Origin: Lama guanicoe
Lineage: Eukaryota
DNA: 64,000 nt
Assembly (NCBI GenBank): GCA_013239625.1
Contig: MU054323.1
Coordinates: 16,992,029-17,056,028 of the forward strand
Reading direction: 5' to 3'
Below the pieces are notes generated by a model that saw nothing but the letters and a program-made list of their open reading frames with translations, was not told the DNA's origin and did not search any database. This document shows positions 27,455 to 40,834 of the stretch, one piece after another. Position 1 is the stretch's first letter. Every line of letters starts with the position of its first letter. The position numbers and the translations under genes are program-made.

Positions 27455-27562
27455 TTTTCCTTTTTCCTTTCTTTTTTTAAAGAAAAAAGAGGGACTGGGG
27501 ATTGAACCCAGGGCCTCATGCATGCTAAGCTTGTGCTCTACCACTGAGCTATTACCCTCTCC
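27455..27562 (-). mobile_element. Short tRNA-derived SINE (Vic-1-like head plus A tail)
   Basis: ggggattgaacccagggcc...ctctaccactgagcta; imperfect TSD cactagtgatccct / cactgtgacccct. Confidence 0.8.
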
Positions 27563-30500
27563 ACTGTGACCCCTCTTCTGATCATCATTCTCCCCTGTCT
27601 GGGTTAGGATTCCGAGCGTCTCATAGTGATCGGTCTCCAATTCCTACGGCCTCTGCACCTTGGAGGTGAGATTCCTTAGAAATCAAGAGAGCTAAGCAGT
27701 GGATGACTCTCCCCTGAGTCCTTCGTTCTATCAGCCTACCAGCATACAAGGAGAGACATGAAGGTCCAGATAGCATAAGTCTTTTAGGGACCAGGACCCT
27801 CACACACTTCCAGGAGAGGGGCAAGGAAGCAACCATATGTCCATGGCTATTGGCCAGTGAACTGAAGCCCAATCAAGAACTCCTTAAGCTCCTTTTCTTC
27901 TTTTAAAATCCACACTTTAAAACCTTGATCCTGCTACTAGATGTAATCACCCTCTACTTCCCATTACCGCAATGATTGGGGTACATTTCCTATGCCCTTG
28001 CATTGGATTTGTTGATGTACTTTCAGCCTTCTCACTAGATGACAAAGATCAGCTTGTTTATCTTTTAATTCCTCAGCGCCCAGCCTCGTAAAAAGGGGGC
28101 GTGGGTGGCCTGGGCGGCTAAGAGCAGGGAGCTGTGTGGATGAGCTGGGGCAGCTGGGGCCGCGAGGAGACTGGGGCACCTGGGTCCCACCGCTTTGCTG
28201 TTTCAAAGAGAACAACCAGGAAGGATAAGCGTGCAGGGAACACACTTTCCTTTTCAAAAAGGAGGTGGGATGGATTCTGCAGAGCGGGAGGATGGTCAGT
28301 GATTGCTCTCCGGGTGGGTTTCACAGGATGAACACACTTTGAATCAAGTAGGTGCCCAGTCATCGCTGGTTGATCTGAGGAATCAATCATGGGGGCCTTG
28401 ACTTTGCTCTCTTGTATACCATCTGCAGCTAACATACATGCTGGACTTTTTTTTTTAATGTCACTCACAAATTACCTTAGCTTTTGTTTGTTTTTAAACA
28501 CAAATGCTCCAAATTCAAAGCCTTCTTAGAAAGCAAGGGACATTTTAGCTTGAAGGCTCACTGGGTACATTAACTATAAAATTTAGGAACTACCAGAGGT
28601 AGAGCTGGTGGGAAAAAAGTGGTTGCAAAATGTAGCTCTTGACATCAGTCATCTATTTTCTCTTCCTTGGAGTCAAGCTGCCCTCGGGCTAAAGTGGAAT
28701 GGCCTGCCTTGGTCACTCACCTACTGTCAAACGTGGAAGAAAGCCAGAGCCGACCTCCAGAGCTCAGCGTCACCCTTCCTGTTTGAAGCAGCCCTTCTCT
28801 GTGTGATGGCAAAGCCCTGGCAACAATCCACAAGTGGAAATGCTCTAGCCATGGGCTATAGTAGGCACCTCTCCACCGACCGCTGCACTCTGAGGGGATC
28901 TGTTTTCCTTGCTGTCCCCACCAGCCCAGAGTTTGGCTGCCTTTCTGGAAGTGTCCCTCACTACAGCATTTCCTCCCTCCATCCTATCCCACTAAGGCTT
29001 GCTGCATGGGACACGCTGTGTGGCATGTCTCCATTACTCATTTTTTGCCCATGTCCAGCTGGGACAGTTGCACATCTTCTAAGAATGTGATGCTATCTCT
29101 GCAGTGGTTGGCGAGCGCCAGGCAAGCTGGAGTGTCTGGCATCAACTCAGTCTGCCTGTGGCCCCCTCACTTAGGTCTATCTTCCTAAAATGCCCGCTGC
29201 CCTTGGGCCCCCTCTCTTTCAGGAATCTACAGTGACTGTCTATCTCTGACTGGGAAGGAAGGACACATTTGTGAGGACTCAGCACCCTAAACACCAGGGA
29301 GTGCTGGTATTTACATGTGCTTGTCCAGCCTGTGAGGTAAGTGATATTATCTTCTTTCCTCAGATGCAGACTCTGCAGCTCAAAGAGGTTAAGAAACATG
29401 CTCCAAGTCATACACCTCTAAGCAGCAGAGCTAGGACCCATCCTAAAGTCCACAGTCTTTCCTCAACACTAATTACCTGTCAAGGTGGAATAAAGATTAG
29501 AATATAGGCATCCTGTAATTCAGACGTTTCCTAATCGGCAACCACCTCACCAACATGCCCTCACCCTCCAGTACTTTTCAAAGAAATATCTGCCACAGTC
29601 AGATCGATCTCTGAAAGGCCCTCACGCACCTTGCTCTTTTGGGCAATGAAGAAATACTTGCTAGCCTTCAAGCACTGATGGTGCAAATATGTAAATGAGT
29701 TTCTCACAACAAGGAAAGTAAATGGCAGGGTGAAAACTTCCAGGCTTCCACGTGAAACGCCACCACATGGTCTACCTCAGAGATGGCCTCTTGTTAGTGC
29801 CCTCCAACCAAAAGCCACCAGGAACACACTGAGAGTCAGCTGAGGGACCGCTGACTTGCTGCAGTAAGGGAGACTGCACACCCTCAGAAAGGGCTCAGGG
29901 CTAGGTCTGGGCGTGTGTTCAGTGATTCTGGGGAGGGTTCAAGGCCATGGGGCTCTGCTCTGGACTGGATGTCATCGGGAAGCAGGGATGATTCTAAGAT
30001 TGGTACCTTACTCGTTATCTGCAAGGCAGGGGGAACAGAGCAAGCCCACAGCTGTACTTGGTAAAGATGCTGCTGTCACTCATGTTACCCAGGACCGGGG
30101 AATGTTTGGTGGCCACTTTTGTGGTGTGGACAATTCTTATTTTCAATTATGGTCAGACATGATTCTAGAGGGGGCTTGTTTTTGTCTTGATCCATCACAG
30201 TCACAAGAGGTCTTGTCTAATGTGGATGTTCAGTGGGATTGTGTTTAACAGGAGTGTGCCCCGGACTGGCCAATAGAGCCAGGCTTTCTCACTCTCACTC
30301 CCCTCTCTTGGCACTGCCAGCGTTATGTCTACACGTTTGTCATCCCCTGTCTCTCTCTGTCCCTCCTCCCAGATGCCTCTGGACCCTGAGTCTTTTCCTT
30401 CACTGAATTTCTGCCTCCAACATGCAATTTGGCACCCACTGTGTGTGGACATGTCCACAGAGGCTGGACCCTTGTGGAAAGGCCCAGGCATTTCTGAAGA

Positions 30501-32502
30501 GTGGGACCAGCCCAGGAGGGCTGATGTGTTTGAGGAGCCCTATTGGGCCTGCACCAGTGACCACCTAGCAAAGTGGGATGGGGGAGGAGGAAGAAAAGCA
30601 TTCCTCCTTCCTAAACAAAGGCGCTGCTGGGACTTCAGGAATCCAAGGGAACATGGTGCCACCTGGCAGCTCTGGCAGAGCGCTGAGCACAGGCAGCGCC
30701 CCCTCAGGGCAGGCATCTGCCTTGGTACTGTGCTAAGGCCCCACCCCAAACAGGAGAGGGTTGGCTCCGAAACCACCGGGTAAGTTTTAGTGCAGAGCTA
30801 GGGGTGCTGCGGAGTGAAAGGTGGAACCATGAACCAACATATGTCCACACACTGGTGAGGCCTGAGGAACCAAAGGTTATGCTTTTTTGTTTTACAAAAA
30901 CATTTTTTAAAAGTATAATACACACCTATTGTAACAATTCATACAAACTGAATTACAGAAAGATAAAAAAAAATAGTAATTCTTTGTTCCTCCTCTGTCC
31001 GACCCCATCCTCTTAAAGTAACTGGTGGTAGCATGTTGGTGTATATCATTCCATACTTTTCTTATACTTACACAATCATAGAATTGCCTGTTTAGAGTCT
31101 CAGCTTTGCTTTTTACAAAAACGTAATCATTCCGTTCATACTGTTCAGCACTTGCTTATTTTCACTTAACAATATGTCTTCCATACCTTTCCAAGACAAT
31201 ACATATAAATGTGATTTGTTCTATTTGGTGATTGCACAGGACTCCACAGAATGGATGCACCATAATTTACCACATCAGCCCATTAATTATGACTTACGTT
31301 CTATCTTATCAGCTTTGTTTGCTACTTGTTCCATCTGGGCTAGTCTCCTTTCAGCTGAGCTCTCCCAAATAACAAAGAAGTGTCTTAAATACAAATTTCC
31401 TTCCTAGAGCCTAACACATCACTGCCTACACCCGCCTCACATTTGACATGACATGAATATTCTTTTAATTTTGGAAATGCTCATAATGTCTTCTTATTTG
31501 ATAAAAGAAAGACAGTACTTAGGACAAGAGGCTCATATTTGGCACATTTACTGAGCAGGAAGAGATAATTTTTAATTTCCTAATCCCATATGGTCCAATT
31601 TTTCTCCATATGTCAATCTCCCTCCCAATACGTGCATCATATTTTCTCATGGAAATATCCTTGTATCACTGTAGAAATCATTTAAGATCTTCCTCCATAC
31701 CATAAAACTATTCACAGTTCAGAATGAGGCCACCCAATCCAACACCCTCATTTTAAAGGTGAACAAAGTGAGGCATGGAGGGATTCACAATTTGAGCAAC
31801 GTCACATGGTTACTTAGCAAAGTAGCTGGGACTGGGACCACTAGAGGGCTCTCTCCACTGTAAGACATGACTCCAAGGCTTGGGGGTTGTTGGGGCACAG
31901 CACATAGGCAATGGTATCTTTGAGGAGAATTTAAAGGTAGCTCCTTAATTTTTCTCAAAGACTTATTTTAAACAGGAACCTCATTAGCGCCACTTACCAC
32001 CCATCCCTCTGGAGAAGGAAAAGGGTGCAAAGGCACACCAGTTCCTGAGTCTGTAACTGGTTTTTCCCCAGGAAGTCTCCTCTTGCTTCAGCTTGCAGTT
32101 TTCTCTGTATCCAGAAGCTAATTGAGTGACGAATGCTCCTCTTTTCTTGCCTTCCCACGAGATCCTTGGCATCCCAGTGTGCCCTGGCATGGAATTGAGG
32201 CTGCTTACTATCTGGTTAATGACAGGTGAAACAAACCAGGCATGGCCAGAGAGGAAACACTTCTCAGGAGTGGATCCAGACTTGGAGGGCCTAAAGCTTG
32301 TAAAATTTTTCAGGTCATTTTTAGTGGAAAACAATACAAAAATATATTTTTGCTATTTATACAAAACATTTGAATACTTCTCTAAGTTCCCTCCCAGTGC
32401 CTTAGAAAGAGCCAGACCAGTGAGGGGTGCAGAAGCGTTATTTTCTTTAGCTTCAGGGTAATTGCCCCTCAGCCTTGTATGATGTACAACCTCTGAGGCA
32501 CA

Positions 32503-32636
32503 CTTTCTTTTTCTTGGGGGGGGGGTAGGTAATTAAGTTTGTTTATTTAATTATTTTTTAAATGGAGGTACTGGGGGTTGAATCCAGGACCTATGCATGC
32601 TAAGCATGCACTTTACCACTTGAGCTACACCCTCCC
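32503..32636 (-). mobile_element. tRNA-derived SINE (Vic-1-like)
   Basis: Same consensus; TSD ctgaggcac on both sides. Confidence 0.85.
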
Positions 32637-34127
32637 TGCTGAGGCACCCTTTCTAATCCCTTACATGTATTTGGACAGAGCTGCCCAGACCCCTCCAGGA
32701 GCAACCAGAAGCCCCAGAGTTTTCAGGACAGTTTCTATTTCAAACATTTTATCAAGCCATGTGTCAAATGATGCATCCTGACTTTTCAAAAAATATAGCT
32801 GATAATGTTACAGAATGGAAGTACAAAAGACAAAGAAAACAAAGCCAAAAACCCCCAAACCAACCCCCCCCAAATGAATACAAATAGGGACAGAACTACC
32901 AATTGTTTCCTGTCTCAGAATGGAAAGAACCAACCCAGGAAGAACAATAACAGCACACAGCTTCGGCAGTGTACCGAAGTTTCACCTGCTAAGACAACAG
33001 CAGAAATCTTTCAGGAAATCATCTCCCCTTAGTGGGTAGCAACAATTATGTTGCCGTGAAAAGCTTGGCTTCTTAGACTTACGCTGGATAAGAAATAAAA
33101 CATACCCGGAAAAGACAAGTTGACTTGTCTTGGAGAACTTCTCTCTAGTCCCCGTGCTCAGCTTTTTATTCCATAGTAACCAGACCCGAGATTTCAGAGC
33201 ACAATACTGAAGCAGCTGTGCAGTGTAGGACTCCGCTGCCAAAGACTCAGGGAACTATTCCACAGACTTCTCGGGGGCTGTCAGGGAACAGATGTGCAGT
33301 GAAAAGCCATTCACCAAGCATTGATGAATCACCCATGTGGGTCAGGGAAGAAGCGTTCCTTCTGCTTTCCAGGAGACACTGTCTATCTGAGACAGTGACA
33401 CACATCGAGCACTTCCAGGGCGAGCCCAGTGCAATCCCTGCCTGTTCAGCAATAGTAATAGTGATCATAGTAACAGTCATAACTGTTTATTGAGACTATG
33501 TGCTTTAACTGTTTTATCTCGTTTAATTCTAACAACTCTATTCTTCTTTTTCTTTTACCTAAAATAAAACAGACTTAGAGATGTTAAGAAACATATCCAA
33601 TGTCATACAGTTAATAAGTGCTAAAGCTGGTGCTCAAACCAGTTCTATCAGACTGCACAGGCCATTCATTTAACCAATGTGCTTTCCTGTCTCTTTTAAT
33701 GGGCAGCAGATGGATTGCTGAGCCCTTAAGAAGAAAAGCAGGATTCAGTTATACATGTCCATAAAAATTAGCCAATCCCTGCTTAGTGTCAACATCAACA
33801 GAAAAACTGCTCCAGGCCAAGCTCCATTCCCTCACCAGTCCCAGCATCAGAATTACCTGGACACTTGTGAAAACGGCCAATTCTTGGGCCCGTCTCGGAC
33901 TGACAGATACAGAATCTCTGGGCATGGGGCCTAGGAAACTTTGTTTTACATTCCCCACTCACCCACCCCTGCATTCTGCAGCACAGTCAAGTTTGAAAAC
34001 AGCTACTTCTAGAGCACCATTCTCCTGGCTCACCTGGAAGAACAAATTTCTGTTGTCCTGGCATATGTATCAATAGTGCCCCCTTTATTCTCATAAGTGT
34101 TTTTGTTTAGACAATCAATTTGCACGT

Positions 34128-34250
34128 ACAGTCAGCCCTCTGTATCTACAGGTTCCACATTCATGGATTCAACCAACTGCAGATCAAACTTATGTGGAAA
34201 AAAAATTCCAGAAAATTCCAAAACCCAAAACTTGAATTTGCTGTGCTGGC
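34128..34250 (+). mobile_element. TcMar-Tigger (Tigger4/Zombi-like) terminal fragment
   Basis: ta-cagtcagccctctgtatc...ggattcaaccaactgcagatcaaa. Confidence 0.65.
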
Positions 34251-34899
34251 AACAATATATGGGTATTTTTCATCATCATCTGGGGCCATTTGGTTACCAC
34301 AAAAATTTTTTTTTTCAAATTAAGGAGCGAGTTTACTAGCTGCTTGGGTCCAATTTCAAGAGAGTGAGCACTTTCTAGAAAAGTCTAGTGGCTGGAGAAC
34401 TAAACAATGCCAAAAACTTTGGCCACGCTGCACACAGACATGATTAGCAACAAGAAACCACTGAAAATAGTAGCCACAGTAAGTGTTGATCTACGTTAAT
34501 TACAATTTTCATGTCTGTCAAGCTACAATCCCTTCCTTACTGCATTTCTTTGAGCTCAGGCAGTTCTTGAAGAGTACTTCGTTTATGATAGGACACACTC
34601 TGTTGCCTCTTAGACGAGAGCTTTCATTAAGCAGAGGCAGAGCTGTTTAAATTAATGGGCTCTCGACACACAGCACTGCACCAAGCTATGAGACAATGGT
34701 TCTTTGTGTTCTGAGTTGGACATGTGATGCAGGGCTTTAAAAAGGGTATTTCCAAGGACGCGTTCAACAATCTCTCTCAACCCGCATGCTCTTCTTACAC
34801 TGACTGACACTCCTGCCAGTGAGAGGTGGGATCTGTGTACCCCTCCCTTGGTCTGGGTAGGCTTGTGGCACAGCAGAACTGACACCATGTATGCTCATA

Positions 34900-36310
34900 C
34901 CATCGTTTGTTTATTCATTCACTTGTTGATGGACATTTGGGGCTGTTTCCAATTCGGGCCTATTGTAAGTAAAGCTACTATGAACGTTTGTGTACAAGTC
35001 ACTGTATGAACATAAACATTTTTTTCCCTCTGGGAGTAAATGGCTAGATCACACAGCCAGTATATGGCTTAAAATTTAGGAAACTGCAGAATCATTTTTG
35101 CAAAGTATTATACCATTTTACATTCCCACCAAAAGCATATGAGAGTTCCAGTTCCTCTACAGCCTCACCAACATTTTGTATGGCCAGCCTTCTTAATTTC
35201 AGCCATTTTAATAGGTATGGAGTGGTTATCTCACTGAAGTTTTAACTTCCATTACCCTATTGACTAATGATGTTAAGCATCCTTGTATGTGCTTACTGAT
35301 CATTCATACATCTAAGGTGGAACGTCTATTCTAATCTTTTTGTCAAGTTTTATTGGGTTCTTTTCTAATTACTGATTTTTTGAGAGTTCTTTATATTCTC
35401 TAGATACAAGTCCTCTATCACATATACACATTGCAAATATTTTCTCCTTGTCTTTTCATTCTCTGAGAGCAGAGGTTTTAATTTTGATGAAGTCCAATTT
35501 ATGAGTTTTTTTTTTATGGACCATGCTTTTGGTGTTGTAACAAGAAATCTTTAACAAAGGTCAGAGATTTATCTCCTGTTTTGCCTACAAGATTCAGTTT
35601 TAGTTCTTAACTTAGGTCTTCGATTCATCTTGAATTAATTTCGTATATGGTGAAAGATACGAAGTTCTGAGTCTGTTGGGTTTTGTTTATTTTGCAGCTT
35701 TTTTGCGTATGTATATCCAATTGTTTCAGCAACATTCATTGAAAAGACTTTACTTTTGCCACTGAATTATCTTTTCATTTTTGGCAAAAAATCAGTCAGC
35801 AATGTACGTGTGGATCTATTTCTATACTCGTTATTCTGTTCCACTGATCTATTGCAATCTTACACCACCACCCACTCTGGTGACTACTGCAGCTGTATAA
35901 ATAAAATTTGAAACTGAGTAACTTGAGTCCTCCAACTTTGTACTTCTTTCTCTTAAGTTGTTTTAACTACTCTGGGTCCTTCACAGCTCATGTGAATTTT
36001 TAGAATCAGGTTATAAATTCAATTTTAAAAAGATTTTGATAGGGATTGCGTTAAATCTATAGGTTAATTCTGGGAGAACTGACAATATAACTATATTGAG
36101 TCTTCTGACCCATGAACAAAATACACCTCTCAGTTAAAATTTAGGTCTTCTTCAGTTTCTCTCAGCAAAATTTCATAGTTTTCAGTGTATAGATCTTGCA
36201 CATCTTTGTCAAGTTTATTTTCTAAATAGTTCATCCTTTCTTATGTTACTACAAGTGGTATTATAAACACTTTCAATTTCTGATTATTCACTGCTAGTTT
36301 TATTGACTTT
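34900..36310 (-). mobile_element. Old L1 fragment
   Basis: Antisense L1 motifs (gatggacatttggggctgtttcc, accattttacattcccacca, ttttgatagggattgcgttaaatctataggttaatt). Confidence 0.85.
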
Positions 36311-39099
36311 TTAATTTTGACTCTCATTTTTTGATTTCTTAAGAGTTCATTGTGGTTTTGTTCTTTTTTGTTGTTGTTTAAAAGCATTCCATACTTGTTT
36401 CACTCATGCAAAAACCTCATTTCCCTGAAATGTAAAAGTTTTTGTTTTTTAATTTTCTTCTGTTCCTCAAGTCTTATGCTTTCTCTAGATTTCTTTTTTT
36501 GTCTGTTTGGATCTTTGTCTTTCATGTTAAAGTACTGTATTTTTGGCAGTCTACTCATGTTTTAAGAGGGAGATACTAAAATGCTGATTGAGAAGCTTTG
36601 CACACATTGGCAAAGGATGGTTCACTAATAGCCATCTTTGTAGGGTAATTGCCCACAATCTCCTATGTATCACTTTTTCTCCACCACTTAGTTTCTCTCA
36701 AGAACAAAATGGCTATGGCAAAGCCAGGTCTACCTTATACATGCAAACCAGACTCCTTTGGGCCCCTTACCAACTCTTTAACAAATTCTAAGCCCCACTG
36801 TCTTTGGATTAATATGGGTTTACCTGTTCAACCCAGAACTAGATTACTGTGTTTAAAGCAATCGTTCCCAACAATATGACACCCTTCTATTACGCTGAAA
36901 TAAAATTCCTAGATAGTACCTACCTACCTAAACACACACACACATAAACACCATTTAATGGAAAACAAAACAAAACCCTAACTGTAATATAAGGGAGAAG
37001 TAAAAGTTACAATAAAGAGCATATTGTGATACATAAATGCTCAGGAATAGCTATAATAGAAGACATAAAGAGATGACTCTGACCCTGATATGTTGGAATG
37101 TCAACTCAGATACCACTTTGATGATGCAATTTTCCAAAATGGCAAACAACTTTTGGAAATATCCCGAACAAAAAATCCTCCTCCCTTGATTCATAAGGTA
37201 GTTGCATTCCTAGAAAATTCAGTGTACAGTATACAAAAATACTTTGTGTTTACATATATAAAACAGAGTTACTTTTAGGATAATATCTGATGAAATACTG
37301 GAAAGTTATTGTAGGTAAGGGACAATTTTTCCTGGTCTCTGCCTATCAAGTACTTGTAGTATCCTCCACAATGTGAAAAAGCACCCTTACAAACTGTCAA
37401 AATGTCCCCCAAGGGGGGCAGTGTCTTCCTTATTAAGAGACACTGGGCTAGAGGGATGAGATTCAGTCAGTGAGGCACATTTAAACCTTGATTACTCTAC
37501 AAAATGTGGGAGGGTGGAGGTGCAGCAGTATCTACTATTTCTAACTTCCTCATTCATAAATTAAAACTAACAGAATTTCAAGTGCTCCCTCAGATAAAGG
37601 GCTTTATATTGAAGAAACTTTTACTAGTAAAGCAAAGTTCACTACATTTGTTCAAGTTGAAAGCATTTTAAATTTGAGATGGCTAGGAAGACGATTAGTT
37701 TAAGTAAAATAGATTATTTTGATTAACACTCAAATTCCTTTGGTAGAAATGCTAGGTTTTAGGGAAAAACGACATCATGGATTAAATAGCCACTAGATTT
37801 AAAATCCCCAGTAGCTCTTTTTGGCTTAAACAAGAATCATGTTTGTACACTCACTTACTTTTTGGTTGACACTGGAAATCATTTACAGTTAAAAAACAAA
37901 AACAAAGCTCCGAATAAAACATGCTGAGGGACAGAACCCATGAATCTTAATTTTTCATTTCATCAAATGCCATTGCTTTTTAAGGCTTAATTCTGTGAGC
38001 AAATAAATGGTACTATGAATAAAAAGGCTCTCTTCACATGGCCTCTCAAAGGATTAAAATCCCTTGAGCCAGACAGCCATAAGGAGACTGGAAGGTTATT
38101 GTAAGTTATCTTTTGTGCAAGGAGCTTTGTCACCTGAAGAACTTTTTAAGTGAAGCCAATCTGTGCTTTAGATTCCTAACTATGGAAGAATGTTCTACAC
38201 TTAAAATTTATTCTAGGAAGAGAATCTCACTGATAATTCCTAAGAAGCAGTCACCTAGCCACCTATCCATGCCTGCAGATACCAATAAAAGGAAAACATA
38301 AAATGACCCCATTTAGTTATTCTTATCCCCTTTTCTCAGTTCAGTCCTAGAAAATAATACTGCTTTGATAATCAAATCACTAACATGCTGTCAAGTCTCA
38401 TGTCAATTTCAACTGTAAATATTTTTTATTTGGTGGGGTAATACCCTCAGTCGGAAAGCAGGGATTTTAAAAGGCAGTTTATAGTCCATAACTCACTTTT
38501 GCAGATTATCAAATATTTCATAGGATTTGGATATGGAATGGAACTTCAGTACTAAAAAATAAACTCAAAGCTAGTATTATTTTTTTACAGATGTAAAACC
38601 TGCTCTTTGATGTTCTCCCAAAAGCAGAAAGATAACAGAGGGAAGAATGTTGTTGTTAAGGCTAAATGAAGAGGCAGAGTTGCCAAAACAAACTCCATTA
38701 ACAAAACTGTGATGCCCAAGTAAACTGTCAAAGACAACTGACAGCAACAGAACAGGACCGATATACCAGTGCGTAAATCAGCAAGGCCCAACCTACAAAC
38801 CAGTTCACGTCTGAAGAATTTACTTGTCACTTTGGTGGGGAGAGAGCATCAAGATGGAGTTCATATCTAAAAGTCAAACCACTTAAAGCAAATCTAAATT
38901 AAGTCTTGTCACCATTCATAGGTCTGTCTCCTAAAATCTTAGGCACAAAGCAGTCTACTATAACACTGACATCCATATTAGTTTCCAGAAGAGGGCAAGG
39001 GAAGGAGACAAGTATTACATACATTCACAAGTTACCTTTTAAAATTAAGACATCTCAATTTTTTTCAACAAATGTAGAAGAATATTTATGGGGAGAAAA

Positions 39100-40778
39100 A
39101 AAAAAGCTTTGTTTATTGTAAAGTCAGGTCAACTTAGGTATTAAATTGGCAATGAATAAGGAACACACACAGCCCAATATCATATATTTATAGTTCATAC
39201 ACAGGTTACCTTTGGCATAACTTACTGGATTCCATGATAAGGGTCTAAAATGTTTCTAGACGGAATTTAAAATTTTCTAGATCTTTAGAGGGCTAAAGGG
39301 ACATTGGTCCACAGTTGTCAAAATTCAAGGAGAAATAAAGGTTAATGGGTATTTAATTTCCATCTACACTTTCTATTCAACAGATTAAAAAAATTTTTTA
39401 AACTCCTGAATCATTTCTAAAAGGATTAAGGCAACCTCCTTTATGTTAAAATTCAAAATAAAGCTTTTACAAAAGATCTAAATGAAACTTCTATATACAA
39501 ACTCGTTTAAAACTCTCAGGATCACAAAACTACCATTGCCAACTATGGCCTTCACAGTTATTCTAAGTAGATAAAACATATTCTCCCTTCTTTTAAAGAT
39601 GAAAATAATTTTCTATTATTTCATCAGTTTTCTATTATAAAAAAAGCTGTGATAATGGGTGTGTTATATGGTATAGTCTCTCAATTACCATGTTTAGCCC
39701 TTACACTAACTTGCCTTTGTATGAGATATATTATTCTCAAAAAAACAAAAAAACAAAAAAACAAATCCAGTGGGAGAAAGAATGTTTAATAAATGGTGTT
39801 GAAACAAATAGCTATCTGTTTGGGAAAAAAAATAAATTTTGATCCTTATACCTTGTACCATGTAGAAAAATACATGTATTACTGACGGATTCAAGAGTAA
39901 AAAATAAAAATGTAAGTACCCAAAATTCTACATACAATTTTAGGGGGTTCACAGACTCCCTAAAGCCCATCCATGGATCTCAGATTATCTAGAAGAGGAA
40001 CTGTTAATCATAACTTCTATTAAAATTTCAATGCCAAATACCAGATGTGTTTTCAAGATCAAGTCACGTGCAGAAAATGAAGATGAACACATTAACTCAT
40101 TGCTGTAACTTTATAAAATCTCCAAACTGGAACTAGAAACAGAGGCATGTCAATACAAATGGACAATGACTTAAAAAAAAAAAATACACCAATTTAAATA
40201 AGTTTGAGTGCATACTGTATAAGTGTATCCATATGTCTGTTAGTCTTTCAGAAATATAAAATCAGCTAAATCTGTAGTACTTAAATTTTAATATATGCAA
40301 TGCTATTCTCAAACTTGATTAAAATACTCAATAAATACAAGTTATGTTTAATATGAATAACTGCAACGTACTTAAAACATCTAAACATAGAATAGGAATT
40401 CTATAATATTAAAATGCAATACTTTCACCTGCATTCATCTCATACACAATGGAAAAATACTTGCAGATAATTAGCATTAAGAATGCAAATATATTTTCAC
40501 TGTGGAAGAAAAATAAGATAAGAAATCATATATTTGTGTAATCTACAAGAAAGCTGTAGATAGTCTACATTATGATATTCTATTTTAAAATGAAAACAAT
40601 TCAATATTTAAGTTTACAACAAATTTACTCAAGGCAAAAATATTTGTTTATTACAGAACAGGATCTTAAAGTAAGCAAGGCAACATTAGATCAACCATTT
40701 TAGGTTTTTTTTTTTAAATGAAGTGTTGCTTTAAAATTGTAATAAGGTAAACATAAATTCTAACATGCTCTTCTCTTC
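39100..40778 (-). other. HNRNPLL: HNRNPLL 3' UTR (distal end uncertain)
   Basis: AU-rich sequence after the stop; minus-strand AATAAA at 40647-40652 and 39112-39117, plus another at 38425-38430. Confidence 0.5.
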
Positions 40779-40834
40779 TTATAAATGGGATGATGTAGAA
40801 AAGCAAAGCTTCAATGTGTAGGGATTGGAACCAT
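40779..40834 (-). CDS. HNRNPLL: HNRNPLL last coding exon 13 with stop codon
   Basis: NGSNPYTLKLCFSTSSHL* (TAA at 40781-40779); ttacag acceptor. Confidence 0.96.
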
